Part shown: positions 7,424 through 15,118 of the stretch, in pieces
Layout of the letters: each line of letters opens with the position of its first letter
Numbering within the stretch: the stretch's first letter is position 1
Virus record (IMG/VR): IMGVR_UViG_3300017909_002289
Coordinates: 1 to 30,805 of that record
DNA from: a virus
Taxonomy: Duplodnaviria; Caudoviricetes
Strand: one strand, 5' to 3'
Length of the DNA stretch: 30,805 nt
Made by a program: the position numbers and the translations under genes
Notes under the pieces: generated by a model
Databases searched by the model: none
Seen by the model: the letters and a program-made list of their open reading frames with translations, nothing else
What the model was told of the DNA's origin: nothing

Positions 7424-10219
7424 ATGGAAAAAACATTTTATTTAAACAGTAATTTTGAAACTAAAAGACTAGGTAAGTCTGCAGGATTAAAAATTGCAGG
7501 TTATGCTAATACTACAGATAAGGACAGGGTAGGAGACGTAGTTACCGCCAAGGCTTGGGCTAAAGGTGTAGAAAACTACAGAAAAAACCCTGTTTTATTA
7601 TATCAACATAAACATGACCAGCCTATTGGAAAAGTAGATAAAGTTACTGTTGACAGAAAAGGGATTTACGTCGATGCCATTGTGAGTGAGGCAGCTGAAA
7701 AACTTCATGGAGTACAAACACTTATTAAAGACGGTGCTTTAAAAAGTTTTTCAGTAGGTTTCAGAGTTAAAGACGGTAATTATGACGAAAAAACAGATTC
7801 TATGACTATCACAGACGTAGAATTACTAGAGATCAGTGTGGTTAGCGTTCCTGCTAATCAAAACTCCCTCTTTAGTATCAGAAAAAGTTTTGATGGAGAT
7901 TCTGACTATGAGAACTTTGTTAAAAACTTTAAAACAGAAGAAAGTGAGGAAGAAATGGATACAGAAGATACCCTTGTCGAAGAGAAGTCTGAAGCCATTT
8001 CTGAAACAGAAGTTGTTGAAACTGTAGAAACTACAGAGACGATTGAAGTTGAAGAAAAAGCTGAAGAAGGTTCTTCAAACGAAGATCTCACTGAAGAAGA
8101 AAAAGCAACAGAAGCAGAAGAGTCTACTGAAGAAATTGCTGAAGAGACTAAGACTGTGGAAAAGGAAACAACTTTAGAACTTTCTGATGAAGAGGAAGAG
8201 CTAGAGGAAACCGATCCTATGGAGCCGATTCCTTTTGTAAATCTATTGTCTGCCGAAACTTCTTCATTGAATACTGGCTCCTTTGTAAAATACGAAGGAA
8301 AAAGATTTAAAATTACTAAAATTGCTACTGCCGAATCTCCAAATTTTAAATTTTTAGAGGTTGACGTAAACGGAAAATCAGTAGATAATATAGATACAAT
8401 AAATGCAGAAGAAATTGCTGTTGTTAATACTTGGGATATTGATACTAAATACGATATTCATGTTATCAATACAAAAACTCCAAGGTTGACAGATTCAATT
8501 AGAGAACAGATTAAATCAAACTATAGTGATTCTAATACTGCAACCGAGCAATATTTATTCCAGTTAAAGAACGATGAAAATATTGCAGAAAACTATGAAA
8601 ACCAAGAAAAACTTAATAAAATCCTTAATTTAAAATCAAGTGGGGATGACTGGTCAGATTCAGACTATGTTTTCGCAAACTATTTAAATTCAATGATTTC
8701 AGAACTTAAGAAAACAAATCAAAATGATCAAAGAGATCTTGCCCTTAAGTTACACGGGCATGCGATTATCGAAGAAAAGGAGAAAGACGATATGGCTACT
8801 CAAACTGCAGGTGATGTGCTAACAATTGACACTGGCGCAACCGAAAATAAATCAGCAGAAGCTAAAGCCGCCACTATTGAGGTACAAGAGCCTAGAGTGG
8901 CCGAATTAGTTGAAAAAACTGGTGAAGCTATTATGGCTGAAGCAGATGCTAAAGATAGACAAGAGCTTGTTCAAGAGAAAGCAGCTTATACCCCTCGTGA
9001 GAGCGAGGCAGTTGCCGAACTTAAAGCTCAAATGGAAAAATACCGTGAAGAGATTGCTGCTCTTCAGAACAGCAAAATGGTATTCCAAGAGTCTCAGCGT
9101 AAAGAAAACCCATATTCTGAGAAGGAAATGGCTAACGCTGTGATGCTTGGTTATGCTCTTGGTAAGCGCGATCCTATGGATACCTCTTATGGTAACCGTA
9201 TGAAAGCTATTGTCCAGTCTGGACATGGAGAGAACTTTATTTCTAACTTCTCTACCAATATTTATGAAGAAATGCAGCAGCAGCTAGTTGTTGCACCAAT
9301 GTTCCAGCGCTTGAGTGTGGATGCAAAAACTTTCCGTATTCCGGTTGCTGATGAAGATAACGGTGGAACCTCTGCGTCTTCTGATGACGTTGCACAGTTC
9401 GCTTCTGGAACTTATGCATCTGGTATTGCAGACGCCACTAACGTGCCGAATTCTTACCAGAATAAAATTAAGTCTGTAGACTTAACTCCGCATAAGTTTA
9501 TGACTTCAACTCATATTGCTAAGGACGAAGAAGAAGATACCATTCTTCCTCTTATCGACTTCCTACGTGCTTCTACGACTCGTCGTATTGCCCGTGCTAT
9601 CGATAAAGCGATCCTTCGTGGTAACGGCGCTTTAAGTGGCTTTAATGCTAACTCTGATCAGTCGCTTACTACTGGTGGTACTGGATTCCGTTCTGTGATT
9701 ACTGGTATTACTAAGCTTGCTAACGCAGCCGCTCTTGAGCAGCAGACTGGTAGCTCGTCTACTAAAGCCGCTCCTGCTGAGATTGCTGACGCTCGCGCAA
9801 CTCTTGGTAAGTATGGTCTCCAGCTTGGCGATCAGCTAGTACTTATCACTTCTGTTGAGGGTTATAACTCTCTTGTAGCTGAAAGTGATTTCCGTACTGT
9901 TGATAAGTTTGGACCTAACGCTACTTACTTAACTGGTGCTCTTGGCGCTATCTACGGAATTCCTGTTGTTATCTCTGAGTTCATGGATAACGTAGGTACT
10001 ACTCATAACGTTCTTGCATCTCTCGTCTATAAGCCAGGATTCGTCATTGGTGAAAGACGTGGAATGGAAATTGAGAGCGAGTATGAGCCACGCCAGCAGG
10101 TTACTGCAATGTATATGTCAACTCGCTTTGACTTCAAGGCAATGACAACTGCAGGAACCGCTTCGTCGCCGACCTTGAGCAGCACGTATTCATTCGCGTG
10201 TAATATCTCAGCTGGTTAA
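7424..10219 (+). CDS. Prohead protease - insertion - major capsid protein fusion (HK97 fold)
   Basis: Residues 1-155 form an HK97-type protease (IAGYAN, LLYQH, SFSVGF, LLEISVVSVPAN). An acidic linker and a ~190-aa insert follow. The C-terminal ~475 aa is capsid (coiled-coil delta domain, IARAIDKAILRGNG, GAIYGIPVVISE, RFDF). Confidence 0.93.
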   Translation: MEKTFYLNSNFETKRLGKSAGLKIAGYANTTDKDRVGDVVTAKAWAKGVENYRKNPVLLYQHKHDQPIGKVDKVTVDRKGIYVDAIVSEAAEKLHGVQTLIKDGALKSFSVGFRVKDGNYDEKTDSMTITDVELLEISVVSVPANQNSLFSIRKSFDGDSDYENFVKNFKTEESEEEMDTEDTLVEEKSEAISETEVVETVETTETIEVEEKAEEGSSNEDLTEEEKATEAEESTEEIAEETKTVEKETTLELSDEEEELEETDPMEPIPFVNLLSAETSSLNTGSFVKYEGKRFKITKIATAESPNFKFLEVDVNGKSVDNIDTINAEEIAVVNTWDIDTKYDIHVINTKTPRLTDSIREQIKSNYSDSNTATEQYLFQLKNDENIAENYENQEKLNKILNLKSSGDDWSDSDYVFANYLNSMISELKKTNQNDQRDLALKLHGHAIIEEKEKDDMATQTAGDVLTIDTGATENKSAEAKAATIEVQEPRVAELVEKTGEAIMAEADAKDRQELVQEKAAYTPRESEAVAELKAQMEKYREEIAALQNSKMVFQESQRKENPYSEKEMANAVMLGYALGKRDPMDTSYGNRMKAIVQSGHGENFISNFSTNIYEEMQQQLVVAPMFQRLSVDAKTFRIPVADEDNGGTSASSDDVAQFASGTYASGIADATNVPNSYQNKIKSVDLTPHKFMTSTHIAKDEEEDTILPLIDFLRASTTRRIARAIDKAILRGNGALSGFNANSDQSLTTGGTGFRSVITGITKLANAAALEQQTGSSSTKAAPAEIADARATLGKYGLQLGDQLVLITSVEGYNSLVAESDFRTVDKFGPNATYLTGALGAIYGIPVVISEFMDNVGTTHNVLASLVYKPGFVIGERRGMEIESEYEPRQQVTAMYMSTRFDFKAMTTAGTASSPTLSSTYSFACNISAG
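8361..8389 (+). promoter_or_regulatory. Possible internal promoter upstream of the nested capsid start
   Basis: TTGACG (8361-8366), 17 nt, GATAAT (8384-8389), about 400 nt before ATG 8792. Confidence 0.35.
8792..10219 (+). CDS. Major capsid protein from nested in-frame start (475 aa)
   Basis: AAGGAG (8777-8782) lies 9 nt before the in-frame ATG 8792 (M457). Codon usage shifts downstream (more CGT, CTT, TTC, AAC). Size is similar to a stand-alone T5-like capsid precursor. Confidence 0.75.
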   Translation: MATQTAGDVLTIDTGATENKSAEAKAATIEVQEPRVAELVEKTGEAIMAEADAKDRQELVQEKAAYTPRESEAVAELKAQMEKYREEIAALQNSKMVFQESQRKENPYSEKEMANAVMLGYALGKRDPMDTSYGNRMKAIVQSGHGENFISNFSTNIYEEMQQQLVVAPMFQRLSVDAKTFRIPVADEDNGGTSASSDDVAQFASGTYASGIADATNVPNSYQNKIKSVDLTPHKFMTSTHIAKDEEEDTILPLIDFLRASTTRRIARAIDKAILRGNGALSGFNANSDQSLTTGGTGFRSVITGITKLANAAALEQQTGSSSTKAAPAEIADARATLGKYGLQLGDQLVLITSVEGYNSLVAESDFRTVDKFGPNATYLTGALGAIYGIPVVISEFMDNVGTTHNVLASLVYKPGFVIGERRGMEIESEYEPRQQVTAMYMSTRFDFKAMTTAGTASSPTLSSTYSFACNISAG

Positions 10220-10259
10220 TATATAATACCTATATAATAAACCAGGCGTTTAATACAAC

Positions 10260-10290
10260 AGGGCAGGTGTTCAACGCCTGCCCTATTTTA
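10260..10290 (+). terminator. Intrinsic terminator after capsid gene
   Basis: AGGGCAGGTGT-TCA-ACGCCTGCCCT is an 11-bp GC-rich stem (one G-U), followed by ATTTTA. Confidence 0.8.
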
Positions 10291-10307
10291 CTAATAAGGA
10301 GAGTAAT

Positions 10308-10541
10308 ATGGCAAAAGTTGATCCTATTGAGAGATTATTATCCATTGATGATTATCAAGAATTTATTTTAACCTTAGATTCTTACTCTGTTAATCACGAT
10401 GAGATGAAAAAGCTTTGGAAAGAAAGAAGAAGTCCAGAAGTAAAGCCTAAAGTAGCTAATAGGTCTATGGAAGGAATGTTTTCTAAAAAGAAAGTTGTAA
10501 CTGAAACAACAGTATCAAAGGCTGGTACGGAAGAGGAGTAA
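10308..10541 (+). CDS. Hypothetical small protein downstream of capsid
   Basis: 77 aa with strong AAGGAG SD. Fills the gap between the terminator and the adaptor gene. Confidence 0.75.
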   Translation: MAKVDPIERLLSIDDYQEFILTLDSYSVNHDEMKKLWKERRSPEVKPKVANRSMEGMFSKKKVVTETTVSKAGTEEE

Positions 10542-10544
10542 AAA

Positions 10545-11861
10545 ATGGCTCAACCTGTGACAGTACCGTATGTACAACTAGGAGAAGTAAAAGAATATTT
10601 ACAAATTAACAGTACTACTTACGATACTCGTTTAAGTAACTTAATATCTTACGCTTGTTCTGTAGTAGAAAGTTATGTAGGTAGAGAAATTAAAAGTAAT
10701 GTTTATTCAGAAGTTTTTGATGGGGGTACGTCACAAGTTTTTGTTTCTAGATTGCCTTTGAATGGTGTAAAAAGTATTACAGAATTTGATGGAGAAAGTC
10801 ACAAAACTTTAATTGGACCTAGCTCAGATGGTTCTTTAGTAGGAGATGATTTTCAAAAATCTTCAGTAAGCTCTTCAGCGGCTTTAAGAACTAGAAGAAA
10901 AAAGTTTGGAGAGAGTTCGGCTTATTTTAACGGGTCATCATTTGTATCTATCTCTGATCCAGAGTCTGATAATCCTAAATTTGATTTTCAAACGGATGAT
11001 TTTACTATAGAAGGATTTTTCAGGTTTGAAGACTTATCTAACACTAAAACAATGGTTTCACGAGGAGATGCTAATACAAAAATTGAATTAGGGTATGATC
11101 CATATTTAGGTGTTAATTTTAGAGCAGTAAACTCTGATACAGAGACTGTAAATGTTAGTCATTTTACTAGTACATCTTCTACTTCGAGTTTTTATACAGC
11201 AAATGCTAATAATTTTCAACATTATGCTATTGCTAGACAAGATAATAGCTTAAGATTATTTATTGATGGTTCTTTAGTAAAAACACAAACAAATTCTAAC
11301 ACACTGCCTACTATTGCAAGTAATGTTAATATGTTAATCGGCAAATCGGATGTGACAGGTAGTGAAAATTATTTTAAGGGTTATGTAGACGAGTTTAGAG
11401 TGACTATTGATGCTAAATATACAGCATCTTTTACAGCACCTACCACAGCACACGCTACTGACGAGAACACAGTAGTGTTATTACACATGAATGGAAAAAA
11501 TGGAACTACAGCAGTAAAAGACGATTGTAGAACATTACCTGAGTTCGTTTGGAATTCTGAAACTGGAGGAGTAAAAAGATATACTTCAGGAGTTGAAGGG
11601 GTAGCTAGTATTTCTGTTATTCCAGAAACTATTTTTAGAAACTATCCTAGAGGTGTTAAAATAACCTATGATGGAGGATTTACTAATATTCCGCGTGATA
11701 TTAAAGTAGCTACTCTAGATTATATCAAAATACTTCATAAACAAACTCAAGAAAATGCTGGGTTCTCACTTAGCGGAGAGAGCAGTAAACAGCATGTTTT
11801 AAGTGCTAATTTCCCTCCTCATATTCGCAGAGTTCTTGAAATGTATAGAGTGGTGATATAA
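10545..11861 (+). CDS. Head-tail adaptor (head completion) protein with inserted LamG/ConA-like domain
   Basis: N-terminal YVQLGEVKEYLQI...YDTRLSNLI...VESYVGR and C-terminal VKITYDGGF..IPRDIKVA...PHIRRVLEMYR are adaptor motifs. The middle DFTIEGFF...HYAIAR...LFIDG...FKGYVDEFRVT is LamG-like. Confidence 0.85.
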   Translation: MAQPVTVPYVQLGEVKEYLQINSTTYDTRLSNLISYACSVVESYVGREIKSNVYSEVFDGGTSQVFVSRLPLNGVKSITEFDGESHKTLIGPSSDGSLVGDDFQKSSVSSSAALRTRRKKFGESSAYFNGSSFVSISDPESDNPKFDFQTDDFTIEGFFRFEDLSNTKTMVSRGDANTKIELGYDPYLGVNFRAVNSDTETVNVSHFTSTSSTSSFYTANANNFQHYAIARQDNSLRLFIDGSLVKTQTNSNTLPTIASNVNMLIGKSDVTGSENYFKGYVDEFRVTIDAKYTASFTAPTTAHATDENTVVLLHMNGKNGTTAVKDDCRTLPEFVWNSETGGVKRYTSGVEGVASISVIPETIFRNYPRGVKITYDGGFTNIPRDIKVATLDYIKILHKQTQENAGFSLSGESSKQHVLSANFPPHIRRVLEMYRVVI

Positions 11862-13171
11862 TGCCTATAGTGGCTTACTCTATTACAGTAACTGATCCCG
11901 AATTAGTAAAAAACTATACAGGACTACTTCAATCTGTTGGTAAGCTAAAAGCCACAGGAAAAGGAGTAAAAAGAAGTGAGAAATTTTGGGGTGATGCTAT
12001 TGAACAAAGTCTTGCTAAGTACTATGGCGGTAGAGTCTCGCAACAAGCTGAAAAAAACGTAGCCGCTGTACCTGACTTAGAGATTACCAGTCCAAGAGTG
12101 GCTGAAGCATTAGCTAGGGCTTTTGGGACAACTGCTGATGATGTTCTAACTCCAGAAGTTAAAGCAAAAAGAGGAGGCTCTCCCGGATCTACCATTGGAC
12201 AAAGAGCTTATTCTGCTTTTGGAGAAGGATTTTTAGATCAATTAAAGTTATTAGCTAAACAAGCAGAAGAAGAAGGACTATTAAAGGGCGATAAAGATTT
12301 TGGGAAAAAAGGGAAAAATACTTTTGATGTAAATAATCCTGAAGAAGTTTTAAAAGCAGTTAGATCAAAAATAGGAGGAAGAGGGTTTTTTGATTTAATA
12401 GCTAAACACGATCCTGATCTACATAAAGCTTTTTATAATAAGGCTAAAAATTTATTAATCTCAAAAGCTAATATCGTAAAAGGAAAAGTAACTTCTGTAG
12501 ATGTTATTAATATTTACTTTCCTTTTAAGAATTTTACTTCTCCGCCTTTTACTACTGAATTAAAAGGAAAAGGAAAGTCTGCCGGTATTCAATATAATTT
12601 AGGGGATGCTTTTGAAAAAGATTTATACACTCAGTTAGCAGATACTGCCCCTCCTATAATTGCAAAGTCTACTGAAGAGTTTGGAAAAATTCTTGATTCT
12701 ATTGGAGGTAAACGAAAAATGACTTCCAAAGATTTTGCAGGAGTAGGTCCTTTAGATTATGAAATTGTTTTTGGAGTTCCTACTGGAGGTAGTATTCCAA
12801 GACTGAATACAAGAGTTAAAAGAGGTAATGTTAAAAGAAGAGAATTAGTTAGAGACACTTCTCAGTTTATTTCTTCTGCGCAACTTACTACGATATTAAG
12901 AACAAGAATACAAGATAAAATGCCTACAGTGGGAGAGCCTAATCCTACCGAAGGATTAAAATATAGAACTGGACGTTTTGTAAACGCTTTACAGTTTATG
13001 GTAGATTACAGAAAAGCTTTAATTTCGTATTATGCGGAACCTCCTGTGGATGAATATTTTGACAAGTTTCATAGGCGCCCTTATGCAGTAGGTCAACGAC
13101 TAATTAGACCTACGATTAGGCAAACTGTTCAAGAATTATTCGGAAGGCAGTTTAAAATTATTAAGACTTGA
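11861..13171 (+). CDS. Neck / tail-completion protein (T5 p143 position), enlarged N-terminus
   Basis: Synteny between adaptor and tail terminator. Basic protein with C-terminal LKYRTGRF...RLIRPTIRQ motif typical of this family. Confidence 0.6.
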   Translation: MPIVAYSITVTDPELVKNYTGLLQSVGKLKATGKGVKRSEKFWGDAIEQSLAKYYGGRVSQQAEKNVAAVPDLEITSPRVAEALARAFGTTADDVLTPEVKAKRGGSPGSTIGQRAYSAFGEGFLDQLKLLAKQAEEEGLLKGDKDFGKKGKNTFDVNNPEEVLKAVRSKIGGRGFFDLIAKHDPDLHKAFYNKAKNLLISKANIVKGKVTSVDVINIYFPFKNFTSPPFTTELKGKGKSAGIQYNLGDAFEKDLYTQLADTAPPIIAKSTEEFGKILDSIGGKRKMTSKDFAGVGPLDYEIVFGVPTGGSIPRLNTRVKRGNVKRRELVRDTSQFISSAQLTTILRTRIQDKMPTVGEPNPTEGLKYRTGRFVNALQFMVDYRKALISYYAEPPVDEYFDKFHRRPYAVGQRLIRPTIRQTVQELFGRQFKIIKT

Positions 13172-13211
13172 AAAAATTTAATTTGCCAGAACTAGATTAA
13201 GGTGCTATACT
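13171..13211 (+). promoter_or_regulatory. T5-style strong promoter for tail genes
   Basis: A-tract AAAAAATTTAA, TTGCCA (13183-13188), 17 nt, extended -10 TGcTATACT (13203-13211), in an intergenic gap. Confidence 0.75.
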
Positions 13212-13215
13212 AATA

Positions 13216-13668
13216 ATGTCGAATCAAAGAAGAAACATAATTAATCACATTCTTACAAATTTAAAACTTATAGATGGTTCTATTTCATCCTTAAATTCGA
13301 ATTATACTTTTCAGAATAACGCTTTTAACAATGTCTTTAGAAAAGTTAAATTTTTAGATGAAGTAAATGATTTTCCATCAGTATTTTTTCAAGTTGGAGA
13401 AGAAGTTAGGGTATATAACACTTCAGGTAATACCACGGGTTTGATACCGCTAACTCTTCGAATATATGTCAATGATGAGGAATCTTCTGGCAGTTTAGAT
13501 AGTTTAATACAAGATATAGAACACGTTATTTATAATTTAGATACTGGAGTATATAATATACGTGACATGACAATCTCTAGTGTGGATACTGACGAAGGCT
13601 TAGTAAAACCATACGGAATTGGTGAAATAGAAATACTAATCGAATACGAATTAGATATAGAAAATTAA
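13216..13668 (+). CDS. Tail terminator protein (T5 p142-like)
   Basis: 150 aa, acidic. NVFRKVKFLDEVNDFPSV, LIQDIEHVI, VDTDEGLVKPYGIGEI. Lies immediately before the tail tube gene. Confidence 0.85.
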   Translation: MSNQRRNIINHILTNLKLIDGSISSLNSNYTFQNNAFNNVFRKVKFLDEVNDFPSVFFQVGEEVRVYNTSGNTTGLIPLTLRIYVNDEESSGSLDSLIQDIEHVIYNLDTGVYNIRDMTISSVDTDEGLVKPYGIGEIEILIEYELDIEN

Positions 13669-13679
13669 GGAGTTAAAAA

Positions 13680-14978
13680 ATGGCAGGTACTCAGCTTAAC
13701 CTACAAAGAAATACTAAAGTCTTTTATTCTATTAAAGACTTAAGTCTCAGTGCCACCACAGCCGCGGATCTCACCCCACAAAATACTTGGAGAGTGGAAG
13801 TGTTGGCTGGGTACGCACTATCTGCTGACTCTGCGGTTCAAGATATTACTTCTTTAGAATCAGGTCTTGACCCAGATAGAAGCGTTCAGCGCTTTAATAC
13901 AGCAAGAAACCCCGTGGAATGGAATTTTCAGACATACTTACGTCCGACAGGGGCGGAACAAAACAGTGGTTCTACTGGCGTAGCACAGACAGGAAACACA
14001 AAACCGGTAGCAGACTGGTATTTATGGCAAGCTCTAGTTAGTAACACTAAGCCTGCTAGTTCAAATGGTGGTGAGCAATCAGTTTGGGCATATGATTCAA
14101 CAACAGATTCGGGTAAGTTAGCATCTGCTAATACAGCTGCTACAGCTAATACCCACTCTACTCGTTCTAACTTTGCTATTGCACAAGAAAATCATATGTA
14201 TTTCAAACTTGATAACCTAGTTTACCAAGTTAAAAAAGCTATTGTCAATACTGGAGAGATTGATGCTTCAGTTGATGGTATTGCAACCACTACTTGGAGT
14301 GGTTTTGGAACTGAGATGGTAGAACTTACTGGAGCAGCTAGAGACAAAGCTATTGCAGTATTTGGAGGTGTAGGAAACGACGGTTCTACTGTAACTCCTA
14401 ACGCTAGTATTAGTATGGATGCTACTTCTTCTCACCATCCTTATGCTACTATGAATGTTAATGGATCTACCTATACTGTTGACTTTATTAAGAACCGTTT
14501 AAGTTCTATTTCAATCAGTCACCAAGGTAGTGCTGCAGAAACTGCAAACCTTTACTCTTTCCCTGTTACTGGACTAAGCTTCAGCTATTCTAATGATGTT
14601 ACATACTTAACACCTGAAGAATTAGCAGCATTGAATACTCCAATTGGTCAGTTTACAGGATCTAGAACAGTCACAGGTTCGTTTACTGCTTACTTAAGAT
14701 CAGCGTCTGAAAGCTCTACTCGTGCTAACTCAGCGCAGTTCTTGAATAAAGTGGTTAATGACTCTAGAGTTTCGCACGCTTCTACTAGCTCGGCAAATAT
14801 TCAAATTGGCGGTGGAACAGCTCCGTTCTTCCATATCAATATGCCAGCTGTGCAGTTTAACTTCCCGGTTCATCAAATTGATGATGTTCTTGGAATGTCT
14901 GTTGACTTCCTTGCCCAGGAAGGAACCAGAGGCTCTGGCGACGAAATTCAGTTCTTCGTAAAGAGTGACAATAACTAA
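13680..14978 (+). CDS. Major tail tube protein (T5 pb6-like)
   Basis: LNLQRNTKVFYS...QDITSLESG..PDRSVQRFNTARNPVEWNFQTYLRP resembles the pb6 N-terminus. AAGGAG SD. No C-terminal Ig domain evident. Confidence 0.9.
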   Translation: MAGTQLNLQRNTKVFYSIKDLSLSATTAADLTPQNTWRVEVLAGYALSADSAVQDITSLESGLDPDRSVQRFNTARNPVEWNFQTYLRPTGAEQNSGSTGVAQTGNTKPVADWYLWQALVSNTKPASSNGGEQSVWAYDSTTDSGKLASANTAATANTHSTRSNFAIAQENHMYFKLDNLVYQVKKAIVNTGEIDASVDGIATTTWSGFGTEMVELTGAARDKAIAVFGGVGNDGSTVTPNASISMDATSSHHPYATMNVNGSTYTVDFIKNRLSSISISHQGSAAETANLYSFPVTGLSFSYSNDVTYLTPEELAALNTPIGQFTGSRTVTGSFTAYLRSASESSTRANSAQFLNKVVNDSRVSHASTSSANIQIGGGTAPFFHINMPAVQFNFPVHQIDDVLGMSVDFLAQEGTRGSGDEIQFFVKSDNN

Positions 14979-15091
14979 ATGAAAATTATCTGAGGGGGAT
15001 AATACGTTTTCATGTGGGTGTTCATCATGAGCAAAAGCAAGCTTCCCCCTCAGCTTTGCCTAAGCTAATATATGATGGACACCCTTTTTTT
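14979..15091 (+). ncRNA. Putative structured cis-regulatory RNA: hairpin plus long terminator stem with loop-loop complementarity
   Basis: Stem 14985-14990/14998-15003 (extended by 14979-14984/15008-15013). 13-bp stem 15016-15028/15072-15084 followed by T7. Inner stem 15039-15043/15052-15056. CTGAGGGGGA (14990-14999) is the exact complement of TCCCCCTCAG (15044-15053). Confidence 0.65.
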
Positions 15092-15118
15092 ATACTAACA
15101 ACCTAAGAGGGGAGTAAT

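Noticed and set aside
14979-15118. tRNA or known riboswitch in the structured intergenic region
   Set aside because: No cloverleaf, T-loop or riboswitch consensus that I can recognise. An Rfam search is needed to exclude this formally.
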